DNA of 32,000 bases. Origin: an uncultured Acidobacteriota bacterium. GTDB taxonomy: Bacteria > Acidobacteriota > Terriglobia > UBA7540. The position numbers were made by a program, and so were the translations under genes. The stretch lies in the NCBI GenBank assembly GCA_963804755.1, contig CAWDRP010000028.1, positions 46,397 to 78,396 of the forward strand, read 5' to 3'. Positions 1 through 6,834 of the stretch are shown in pieces. Positions within the stretch are counted from its first letter, which is position 1; each line of letters begins with the position of its first letter. The notes under the pieces are model-generated. The model saw nothing but the letters and a program-made list of their open reading frames with translations. It ran no database searches and had not been told where the DNA came from.

Positions 1-2157
1 CTGGGTTACAACCGGTTCGCAGATAGCAACCACAATTCCGCAGACGGCAAGTATACGGCCGCCATGAATATTTCGGGAATCCTGAATAATTGCCTTCCCG
101 CCATGAGCTTCAAGGACAACAACGGCATCGCGTTCCTGCCGTCAATCGGGAGCAGTTGCGGCACCCGAGATCCGGAGGAAAGTTATCTCTACCAGGATAC
201 CTTCACCACCACGCGCGGCAAGCACAGCCTGAAGTTCGGGGGGTCGTACCTCCACTACCGCTCCAACAACTACGAACCTGGAGACGTGTCGGGGAGCTTC
301 GCCTTTAACAACCTGGAAACCTCGCTCCCCGGGTTCGTCACGAGTACGGGGCACCCTTTCGCCAGCTTCCTCCTGGGCGCCGCCGACAAAGCGAGCTCGA
401 GCATTTACACCACCGAGCCGGGCTACCGGCAGGGGGTGATGTCCTTCTTCGCGCAGGATGACTGGCGGGCGAGCTCCAAGCTCACTCTCAACCTCGGAGT
501 GCGTTGGGAGATTGCCACCCCCAGAACCGAAGCCTTCAACCGCATGGCCCAATTCGACCCCACGGTGGCGAACCCGCTGCCCAGCGGCGCGACGATTCCC
601 GGCGCCCTGGTCTGGGTGGGTAATTGCTCCGGGTGCCGCAAAGGCTCCTCTTTCCAGGATCACGACTTCAAGGATTTGGCGCCGCGTTTGGGCCTGGCTT
701 ACGCATTCAACGATAAACTGGTCTTCCGCGGCGGGTACGGGATCAGTTATCAGCCTCCCATCGAAGGCGGGTGGGGACCCGAGCAGTTCTTCGGGTTCAA
801 CTCCAGCGTTGTAGTTCACCGGCAGTCGGGCTCGATTAACGCCGTGAATCCGGTCATGTACCTTTCCAATTTCGCGAGTGGTTCGGCGCCCGGCCAGGTG
901 GGCATGCCCGCGTTCACAGGCACGCTGCCCAACACGAATCCCGCGAGCATGGATGGGAATAACGTCGATTACTACCCCGCCAACTCCCTGGCCATGCCTT
1001 ATATCCAGAACTGGAGCGCCGGGTTCCAGTACCAACTGCCGCATGAGATCGTCATGGAGGCCAATTACGTAGGGTCAAAGGGCACGCGCCTGATCAACTA
1101 CGATATGGGAGGAGTCAATCAGGCGAACGCAAAGTATATGGGCCTGGGGGACATGCTGACGGATGACTTGGGGGCGGATCTGGGCAACCCCACCACCGCG
1201 GCGACGCTCGCGCAATACGGCATCACCCACTTACCCTACCCCACTTTCGAAACGGACAACGCCGCCCTTTGGAGCAATTCGGTGGCCGCGGGGCTCATGC
1301 CGTACCCCCAGTATACCGGCATCCAGAACGATTCTCCCGGCCTCGGGAACTCGACGTATCACGCATTCGAGTTCACGGCACGCAAGAACTCGACGCACGG
1401 CCTGACGTTCATCGGCGCCTACACTCTCTCCAAGAACATCTCGGACAGCGCCAGCGCGATGCGTTACTACAACCAGTACATTCAGGACATCTACAACCGG
1501 AAATTGGAGAAAAGTCTTGTGTCCTTCGACTACCCGCAAGTCGTGAAATTGACCTGGATCTACGCGCTGCCCTTCGGCCACGGCCAGCGGTTTTTGAATT
1601 CGTCCCGCTTAGCTGACCGGGTCTTCTCCGGATGGCAGTTCACGGCCATTCAACGTTACGGCTCGGGCGACCCCCTGGCCATTACTTCGGCCTTGAATTA
1701 CTCCAGCTACATCACCCCGTGGGTCCGGCCGGACATCGTTCCTGGCGTCCCCGAGACCGTCAAGCCCCAAGGGTTGAACGCCGTCCTTGCCTATGACTCG
1801 ACGGGGGCCGTCACCAACGGGACTGCCTTGCTCAACCCCGCAGCATTCGTTAATCAACCTATCTCCCCCAATGGTGCCCCCCTGCGGCCGGGAACGGCCC
1901 CGCCGCTCCTGCCGAATGTCCGGGGGCCTGGTCACGAAGAAGAGGACTTCGGTCTCATCAAGGACACTCGGATTACCGAACGGGTCAAGCTTCAGCTCCG
2001 CGCGGACTTCCAAAACGTCTTTAACCGCACCGGGCTCGGCGACCCGGATGTGTTCATGACCGATGGACTTCCGTCCCAGGGAGGTACCTTTGGCTTGATC
2101 ACGGCCCCGATGAACGGGCCGCGTACCATCCAAATGGGTGCACACCTGATGTTCTGA
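1..2157 (+). CDS. TonB-dependent outer-membrane receptor, C-terminal beta-barrel part (5' end lies upstream of the window)
   Basis: Frame 1 is open from base 1 with no stop before the track ATG at 64, so the gene is 5'-partial. The long Gly/Asn/Tyr/Ser-rich sequence is typical of a large beta-barrel. The C-terminus ...TIQMGAHLMF ends in Phe, as in OMP/TonB-dependent receptor termini. A hairpin terminator follows. Confidence 0.75.
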   Translation: MGYNRFADSNHNSADGKYTAAMNISGILNNCLPAMSFKDNNGIAFLPSIGSSCGTRDPEESYLYQDTFTTTRGKHSLKFGGSYLHYRSNNYEPGDVSGSFAFNNLETSLPGFVTSTGHPFASFLLGAADKASSSIYTTEPGYRQGVMSFFAQDDWRASSKLTLNLGVRWEIATPRTEAFNRMAQFDPTVANPLPSGATIPGALVWVGNCSGCRKGSSFQDHDFKDLAPRLGLAYAFNDKLVFRGGYGISYQPPIEGGWGPEQFFGFNSSVVVHRQSGSINAVNPVMYLSNFASGSAPGQVGMPAFTGTLPNTNPASMDGNNVDYYPANSLAMPYIQNWSAGFQYQLPHEIVMEANYVGSKGTRLINYDMGGVNQANAKYMGLGDMLTDDLGADLGNPTTAATLAQYGITHLPYPTFETDNAALWSNSVAAGLMPYPQYTGIQNDSPGLGNSTYHAFEFTARKNSTHGLTFIGAYTLSKNISDSASAMRYYNQYIQDIYNRKLEKSLVSFDYPQVVKLTWIYALPFGHGQRFLNSSRLADRVFSGWQFTAIQRYGSGDPLAITSALNYSSYITPWVRPDIVPGVPETVKPQGLNAVLAYDSTGAVTNGTALLNPAAFVNQPISPNGAPLRPGTAPPLLPNVRGPGHEEEDFGLIKDTRITERVKLQLRADFQNVFNRTGLGDPDVFMTDGLPSQGGTFGLITAPMNGPRTIQMGAHLMF

Positions 2158-2183
2158 TTGTTTGTTTCGCACCACCATCTTCA

Positions 2184-2213
2184 ACGGCCCGCCCTGCGGC
2201 GGGCCGTTTTCTT
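2184..2213 (+). terminator. Rho-independent terminator after the receptor gene
   Basis: GC stem CGGCCCGCC / GGCGGGCCG around a 4-nt loop, followed by TTTTCTT, about 30 nt after the stop at 2157. Confidence 0.6.
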
Positions 2214-2217
2214 CCGT

Positions 2218-2271
2218 GTGCCACGGGCGTCCCGCCCGTGCCCGAGCATGACCAGGATGGCCATGGCACAA
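2218..2271. repeat. REP-like palindromic repeat, left copy flanking the RAYT-like gene
   Basis: GTGCCACGGGCGTCCCGCCCGTGCCCGAGCATGACCAGGATGGCCATGGCACAA recurs at 2935-2988 with a single mismatch (2251 A vs G). It contains the hairpin CACGGGCG-TCC-CGCCCGTG. Confidence 0.8.
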
Positions 2272-2294
2272 CGCGCAACATAAAGCTTTTGCGA

Positions 2295-2918
2295 ATGACT
2301 AAACACCCCTACGAACCGCGCGGCATCGCCATTCGCCATGGCGCATACCTTCCCCATTGGACACGGGAGAGCGCAATCTACGCGATTAATTTTCATCTGG
2401 CCGACTCGTTGCCGAAGTCGGTCGTTAAAGCCTGGGAATTTGAGCGTCTCGACATCATCAGGACCGCGCAACAATTGAACCGCCCCCTGACCCTTGCCGA
2501 GGAGACTCGGCTGGACAAGCTCTATTCCGAGAAAGTCGAAACGTACCTGGACGCAGGTGCAGGCGCATGTTGGATGCAAAGAGACGACGTGGCGGGAGTG
2601 GTAGCGGGTGCGCTTCTTTACTTCGAGGGGGTAAGATATCGCCTTGCTGCTTGGTGTGTGATGCCGAACCACGTTCACGCCGTCATGCAGCCGCTACCAG
2701 GTTATGAGCTTCCGGGAATTGTGCATTCGTGGAAATCATTCACCGCCAAGGAAGCGAACCGTCTGCTGGGAAGGACCGGGCGGGTCTGGCAACCTGAGCC
2801 GTACGATCACCTGATTCGGGATGAAGACGACTTCCAGCGCCAAGTGGAGTACGTCCTCGCTAATCCCGTACGCGCCGGCTTGATGAATTGGAAATGGGTA
2901 GGTGGTGGCACGGAGTGA
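2295..2918 (+). CDS. Y1/HUH transposase-like protein of the REP-associated (RAYT / IS200-like, COG1943-type) group
   Basis: HUH motif in CVMPNHVHAVMQP. The C-terminal WQPEPYDHLIRDEDDFQRQVEYVLANPVRAGL is typical of this family. The start is placed at the internal ATG at 2295, because 2238-2294 of the track ORF lies inside the REP repeat. The gene is flanked by direct copies of a 54-bp palindromic repeat. Confidence 0.75.
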   Translation: MTKHPYEPRGIAIRHGAYLPHWTRESAIYAINFHLADSLPKSVVKAWEFERLDIIRTAQQLNRPLTLAEETRLDKLYSEKVETYLDAGAGACWMQRDDVAGVVAGALLYFEGVRYRLAAWCVMPNHVHAVMQPLPGYELPGIVHSWKSFTAKEANRLLGRTGRVWQPEPYDHLIRDEDDFQRQVEYVLANPVRAGLMNWKWVGGGTE

Positions 2919-2934
2919 CGTGCCACGGGGTGAC

Positions 2935-3004
2935 GTGCCACGGGCGTCCCGCCCGTGCCCGAGCATGGCCAGGATGGCCATGGCACAAGGGCCATGGCAC
3001 AACA
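2935..3004. repeat. REP-like palindromic repeat, right copy, plus a partial extra copy
   Basis: The same 54-bp unit as at 2218-2271. It is preceded by the tandem GTGACGTGCCACGGG GTGACGTGCCACGGG (2915-2944) and followed by the re-duplicated GGCCATGGCACAA. Confidence 0.8.
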
Positions 3005-3034
3005 TATTCTGATTCGACTTTGCGCGGAGGGCAC

Positions 3035-4123
3035 ATGGCAGGGCAATTCATCAAGAGTCAGCTTCTCTGTTGCGCCGGCATCGTCGCAGGCTCGATTTTC
3101 CTGGTCTCCTGCGGCTCCGCTGGCTCGCCGACCTCGACATCCCCCATTACTCCTCCGCAAACGACAACGTGCTCAGATGCCCCCACCGGCAGTTCCACCG
3201 ACTACAGCACCAGTCCCACGATTTCCGGCTGCCCGCTTTTTCCCACGGACAATCCCTGGAACGCCGACGTCTCCAACTACTGTGTTGATCCCAACTCGGA
3301 CGCTTACATTGCGAGCATCAACCAGGAAAAGCAGTACCTCCATGCTGACTTCGGTTCCGATCCCACCTATGGCATCCCCTACGTGGTGGTACCGGGCACA
3401 CAGCCGCTGGTGACGGTGCTCTTCAATCAGTATCCTTCTGAAAGCGACTACGGGACCTCCGGGTCGGGTTGCACCGTCATGAACGGAACCAGCGGCTGCT
3501 ACCCCTTTCCGCCCAACGCCCCGGTGGAGGGCGGCAGCAGTTCCACCGGCGACCGGCACGTGCTGACGCTTCTCGCCGATCCCAATGATCAAAACTGCAC
3601 CTTGTATGAAGTATGGGAGGGCTATCAGAATCTGCCCAACAACGGCTGGACGGCAGCTAACGGCGCCATCTTCAATCTATACTCCGACAAGCTACGGACT
3701 GACGGATGGACCTCCGCCGACGCCGCCGGGCTGCCCATTCTTCCGGGCCTGGCGCGCTATGATGAGGTATCCGCAGGCGCGATTACGCATGCGTTGCGTT
3801 TCACCGTCTCGCAAACGCAGGCCGGATTCATTCACCCCGCCACCCACTACGCCAGCAGCTCGACGAATCCTGCCCTGCCCCCCATGGGGCTGCGGCTGCG
3901 CCTGAAGGCATCCTATGATATCTCTACCTTCACCGGCCAATCCCTTATCATCCTGACCGCGCTCAAGAAATACGGCATGATCGTGGCCGACAATGGCACC
4001 AGTTGGTACATCACCGGCGCGCCCGATCCCGGCTGGGACGACACGGACCTCGACCAGCTTAAGACCGTCCCCGGCAGCGCCTTTGAAGTGGTGACAACGG
4101 GAACGATTCAGACGAACCAGTAA
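3035..4123 (+). CDS. Secreted lipoprotein, conserved hypothetical
   Basis: The internal ATG at 3035 gives MAGQFIKSQLLCCAGIVAGSIFLVSCGSAG, a signal peptide with lipobox LVSC, followed by a Ser/Thr/Pro linker. The upstream part of the track ORF (2888-3034) is REP sequence. No family was recognised by eye. Confidence 0.7.
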   Translation: MAGQFIKSQLLCCAGIVAGSIFLVSCGSAGSPTSTSPITPPQTTTCSDAPTGSSTDYSTSPTISGCPLFPTDNPWNADVSNYCVDPNSDAYIASINQEKQYLHADFGSDPTYGIPYVVVPGTQPLVTVLFNQYPSESDYGTSGSGCTVMNGTSGCYPFPPNAPVEGGSSSTGDRHVLTLLADPNDQNCTLYEVWEGYQNLPNNGWTAANGAIFNLYSDKLRTDGWTSADAAGLPILPGLARYDEVSAGAITHALRFTVSQTQAGFIHPATHYASSSTNPALPPMGLRLRLKASYDISTFTGQSLIILTALKKYGMIVADNGTSWYITGAPDPGWDDTDLDQLKTVPGSAFEVVTTGTIQTNQ

Positions 4124-4280
4124 GGGCGAGCAGACGGAGCGCCGACCTTGAGCTCGGTGCTCTAGACTGGTGGTTCCCCTGCACCCCAGGGTTCCGTCAA
4201 AGTCCAGCGTGCCACACAGAGGGCATAGGCGTTAAGATAAGCCGCGTTATAACGTCTGCAGGATTGCCGACATTGGTTCA

Positions 4281-4758
4281 AGCCCGCGGAGCGGGCGCCA
4301 TCATTTAGCCCATGGCGACAGCCATGGGACAACGAACGAATCAATAGATTTCATTCAGCCCGCGGAGCGGGTGCCATCATTTAGCCCATGGCGACAGAAC
4401 GTGATAAAAAATTTACAATCTCGCGCAGAGACGCAGAGGCGCAGAGGTCTGAAATAAATAAATGCTTTATTTTCTTTGTCGACTCCGCGCCTCTGCGTCT
4501 CTGCGCGAGGTACTTTTGCTCGTTCCGGAATTTCTTCGCAGCTTCACAGCCATGGGACAACGAACGGCCCAACAAGTTTGATTAAGCCCGCGAAGCGGGC
4601 GCGATCATTTAGCCCATGGCGACAGCCATGGGACAACGAACGAATCAATAGATTTCATTCAGCCCGCGGAGCGGGCGACATCATTTAGCCCATGGCGACA
4701 GCCATGGGACAAAGAACGGCCCAACGAGTTTGATTAAGCCCGCGAAGCGGGCGACATC
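4281..4758. repeat. Tandem array of about 76-bp REP-like units (4 full copies plus 1 partial) upstream of the IS200-like gene
   Basis: The unit is AGCCCGCGGAGCGGGCgcCATCATTTAGCCCATGGCGACAGCCATGGGACAACGAACG plus one of two alternating about 18-nt tails (AATCAATAGATTTCATTC or GCCCAACAAGTTTGATTA). Copies start at 4281, 4357 (interrupted), 4585, 4661 and 4737 (partial). Each unit has two hairpins, GCCCGC-GGA-GCGGGC and CCCATGGC-GACA-GCCATGGG. Confidence 0.85.
4398..4549. repeat. About 152-bp palindromic MITE-like element nested in the loop of a REP hairpin
   Basis: It splits REP copy 2 between GCGACAG and CCATGGG, with ACAG present at both junctions. Internal long inverted repeat CTCGCGCAGAGACGCAGAGGCGC ... 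GCGCCTCTGCGTCTCTGCGCGAG. A related element sits at 5481-5637. Confidence 0.6.
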
Positions 4759-4767
4759 AGGAACGCC

Positions 4768-5220
4768 ATGTCTCACACCTACACCAACATTCTGATCCAC
4801 GCGCTGTTCAGCACCAAGGACCGCCGCCCGTCGCTCGTCCCGGAAATTCGGGACGAAACTTTCAGCTATTTGGGCGGCGCAATCAATGCGATGGGAGGCC
4901 AATCGTTGCTGGTGAACGGGCCGCGCGATCATGTGCACATGCTGTTTGTGCAACCGCGGACGCTCTCCGTTGCCGACGTCATGGAAAAGGTCAAAGCGAA
5001 TTCTTCCGGCTGGGTAAAGGATCGTTGGGGGGATCGGCGGCACTTCGGGTGGCAGGCCGGCTATGCGGCGTTCAGCGTGAGTATGTCGCAGGTGGGGCAG
5101 GTAAAGCGCTACATTCGGAATCAAGAGGAGCACCACCGGAAAATTAGCTTTATCGAGGAGGTTGTGGCGTTTCTCGACAAACACGGGGTTCCGTACGATC
5201 CGCGGTATGTTTTCGTATGA
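4768..5220 (+). CDS. tnpA: IS200/IS605-family-like Y1 (HUH) transposase
   Basis: 150 aa. The N-terminus MSHTYTNILIHALFSTKDRRP, the HUH motif DHVHMLF, and the Tyr region GWQAGYAAFSVS...YIRNQEEHH are classic for IS200-like TnpA/RAYT proteins. REP-type hairpins flank it on both sides in inverted orientation. Confidence 0.85.
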   Translation: MSHTYTNILIHALFSTKDRRPSLVPEIRDETFSYLGGAINAMGGQSLLVNGPRDHVHMLFVQPRTLSVADVMEKVKANSSGWVKDRWGDRRHFGWQAGYAAFSVSMSQVGQVKRYIRNQEEHHRKISFIEEVVAFLDKHGVPYDPRYVFV

Positions 5221-5224
5221 AGAA

Positions 5225-5680
5225 ATCCGCACCGCCATCATTTCGCCTACGGCGCAAGCCGTGGGACGAGGTAACGAATAAAATAGATCTCGAAACGACC
5301 CCCGGGAGGGGCGGCATCTGATATCCGTCGAGGGTGACGGCACGTGCCGCATGCCGCCTCTCCGAGGCTGATTGGGGAAATTGGTTGAAGCGACCCCATG
5401 GTTGGCTCGCCATGGGCTAAACGATGCCGCCCGCTGCGCGGGCTTTTTGAAATTTAATCGTCCGGTCGTTGACCCACGGCTTCGAAGCTGTGAAAGAACC
5501 TTCCGAAGTGCGAAAACATGTTCTCGCAAAGGCGCCAAGTCGCAAAGGTCGCAAAGAAAACAGGAGACTTGTGCTTCACGGCCTTTGCGACTTGGCGCCT
5601 TTGCGAGAGACTGTTTTGATTTTTTCGCAGCTTCTTCGCCGTGGGCTACATGACGACGCTCGCTTCGCGGGCTTTTAGCT
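5225..5680. repeat. Diverged REP-like units downstream of tnpA, mostly in inverted orientation, including a nested 157-bp palindromic element at 5481-5637
   Basis: 5385-5445 CCCATGGTTGGCTCGCCATGGGCTAAACGATGCCGCCCGCTGCGCGGGC is the reverse complement of a variant upstream unit. 5471-5480 CCCACGGC and 5638-5645 GCCGTGGG are the two halves of a hairpin split by an insert. That insert carries the 26-bp palindrome arms CTCGCAAAGGCGCCAAGTCGCAAAGG / CCTTTGCGACTTGGCGCCTTTGCGAG. Confidence 0.7.
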
Positions 5681-5877
5681 GACCGTGGGGCTTATTTTAA
5701 CGCCTATGCGGTACCCCCCTCTGCCTGGGGGGTACCGCAAGGCGGTGGGTGAGGGGTCTATTCGCGGATGATGCATTCATAGCTCTGTACGTATGCGGCA
5801 CGCTGGCCTTTGACGGAACCCTGCCTGCCCCCAATGGCAGCTTGCATCGGGCCCCGCTTTTCCGCACCACGATAAGG

Positions 5878-6159
5878 ATGGAAGTGCAACTGACGGCCGA
5901 TCAAAAAGCGTTTGTCCGCCAAGCCATTCAAAGCGGGCGCCTTCGCCGCGAAGAAGACGCGGTGGAGGAAGCTCTTGCGTTGTGGGAAGAGCGTGAGCGC
6001 GCCCGGGCGGAGATTCTCGCTGGTCTCGATGAGGCCGAAGCTTCACTGGCTCGGGGCGAGGGCCGCATTATCACCGGCGCGTCCAGGCGCGGACTCGCCG
6101 CCGAGGTGAAGAAGCGAGGGCGGGCCCGGCTGGCGGCAGGTCAATCCCGCGCGCGATAA
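5878..6159 (+). CDS. parD: ParD-family type II antitoxin (RHH-like)
   Basis: The internal ATG at 5878 is preceded by AAGGA. MEVQLTADQKAFVRQAIQSGRLRREEDAVEEALALWEERERARAEILAGLDEAEASL matches the ParD-type antitoxin pattern. A ParE-like N-terminal stub follows immediately. Confidence 0.7.
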   Translation: MEVQLTADQKAFVRQAIQSGRLRREEDAVEEALALWEERERARAEILAGLDEAEASLARGEGRIITGASRRGLAAEVKKRGRARLAAGQSRAR

Positions 6160-6227
6160 GGGCGCATCGTCTCTCCCTCAAAGCTGAAACCGACCTGTAC
6201 GGCATTTGGTATTACATCGCTCTTTAA
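6156..6227 (+). pseudogene. Remnant of a ParE/RelE-type toxin gene (first ~20 codons only)
   Basis: The frame overlapping the parD stop reads ...HRLSLKAETDLYGIWYYIAL*, which resembles the conserved ParE N-terminus (YRLSxxAExDLxxIWxYI). It has no ATG and stops after about 20 residues. The following sequence belongs to the convergent gene. Confidence 0.45.
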
Positions 6228-6661
6228 CGGTGTTCGCCGCCGGACTTTCCCTTCGAATATCCGGCGCTGCGCTCCGCGTGCGCGTCGTGGCCGGCATTAG
6301 GAACGACGTGGCCTTTCCCATCCCGAGCTTCGTTCGGCTGGAAGTGGCTGAACGCCTGCGCTCCTTTCGGGGGCAACGGTCCTTTGTAACCGTGTTTAGG
6401 ATCGTAGCGGTTATCGACGTGACCGGCGAAGCCTCTGGGTCCGTGGAACCATGGGCCCGCCCCGATGAATATCCCACCCACGAAGAAATCGGGTCCATAG
6501 TAGCCATAGGGCGCACAGTCATACGGAGCATAGTCAAAGTATCCGTACGGGCAACCAGGCTCCACTCCAATGTTGACGGAAATCTGACCCGGCGCTCGAG
6601 ACACACCGGTCATCAGCACAACCGTGAGAGCAAAGAAAGCAAGCAACTTCCATCGGAACAT
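6224..6661 (-). CDS. Small secreted Gly/Tyr/Pro-rich protein, hypothetical
   Basis: The internal ATG at 6661 is preceded by GGAGGAAAT. The N-terminus MFRWKLLAFFALTVVLMTGVSRA is a signal peptide. The longer track ORF upstream has no such support. Confidence 0.6.
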   Translation of the reverse strand: MFRWKLLAFFALTVVLMTGVSRAPGQISVNIGVEPGCPYGYFDYAPYDCAPYGYYGPDFFVGGIFIGAGPWFHGPRGFAGHVDNRYDPKHGYKGPLPPKGAQAFSHFQPNEARDGKGHVVPNAGHDAHAERSAGYSKGKSGGEHR

Positions 6662-6834
6662 ATTTCCTCCTTGAGCCGGCGGTGGAATCTGCCGTGATTC
6701 CTGCTTTAACATACGGGATTTGGCCATGATACGCTGGACTGCTCCCGCGTCACAAGATTTTTTTGAAATTTTCGTGCCGACCGTCTTCGGAACGGCCAGC
6801 TTAAGTGAACAGAAGATGTGGGACACGTTCAGCC

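Noticed and set aside
2888-3034. N-terminal extension of the lipoprotein ORF (track start 2888), and the 2238 start of the RAYT-like ORF
   Set aside because: The extensions translate the REP repeat (…HGVTCHGVTCHGRPARARAWPGWPWH…). Internal ATGs give a proper lipoprotein signal peptide (3035) and a family-typical N-terminus (2295).
4281-4758. Regularly spaced ~76-bp repeats that could be mistaken for a CRISPR array
   Set aside because: The would-be spacers are themselves conserved, as two alternating tails. The units are contiguous double hairpins. No cas genes are present, and copies occur in inverted orientation on the other side of a transposase. This is a REP/REPIN-type array.
4681-5538. 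285-aa minus-strand ORF spanning the IS200-like gene and REP units
   Set aside because: It lies antisense to a clear Y1 transposase and runs through palindromic repeats. The many 60-90-aa ORFs in 4162-5680 are likewise translations of REP units.
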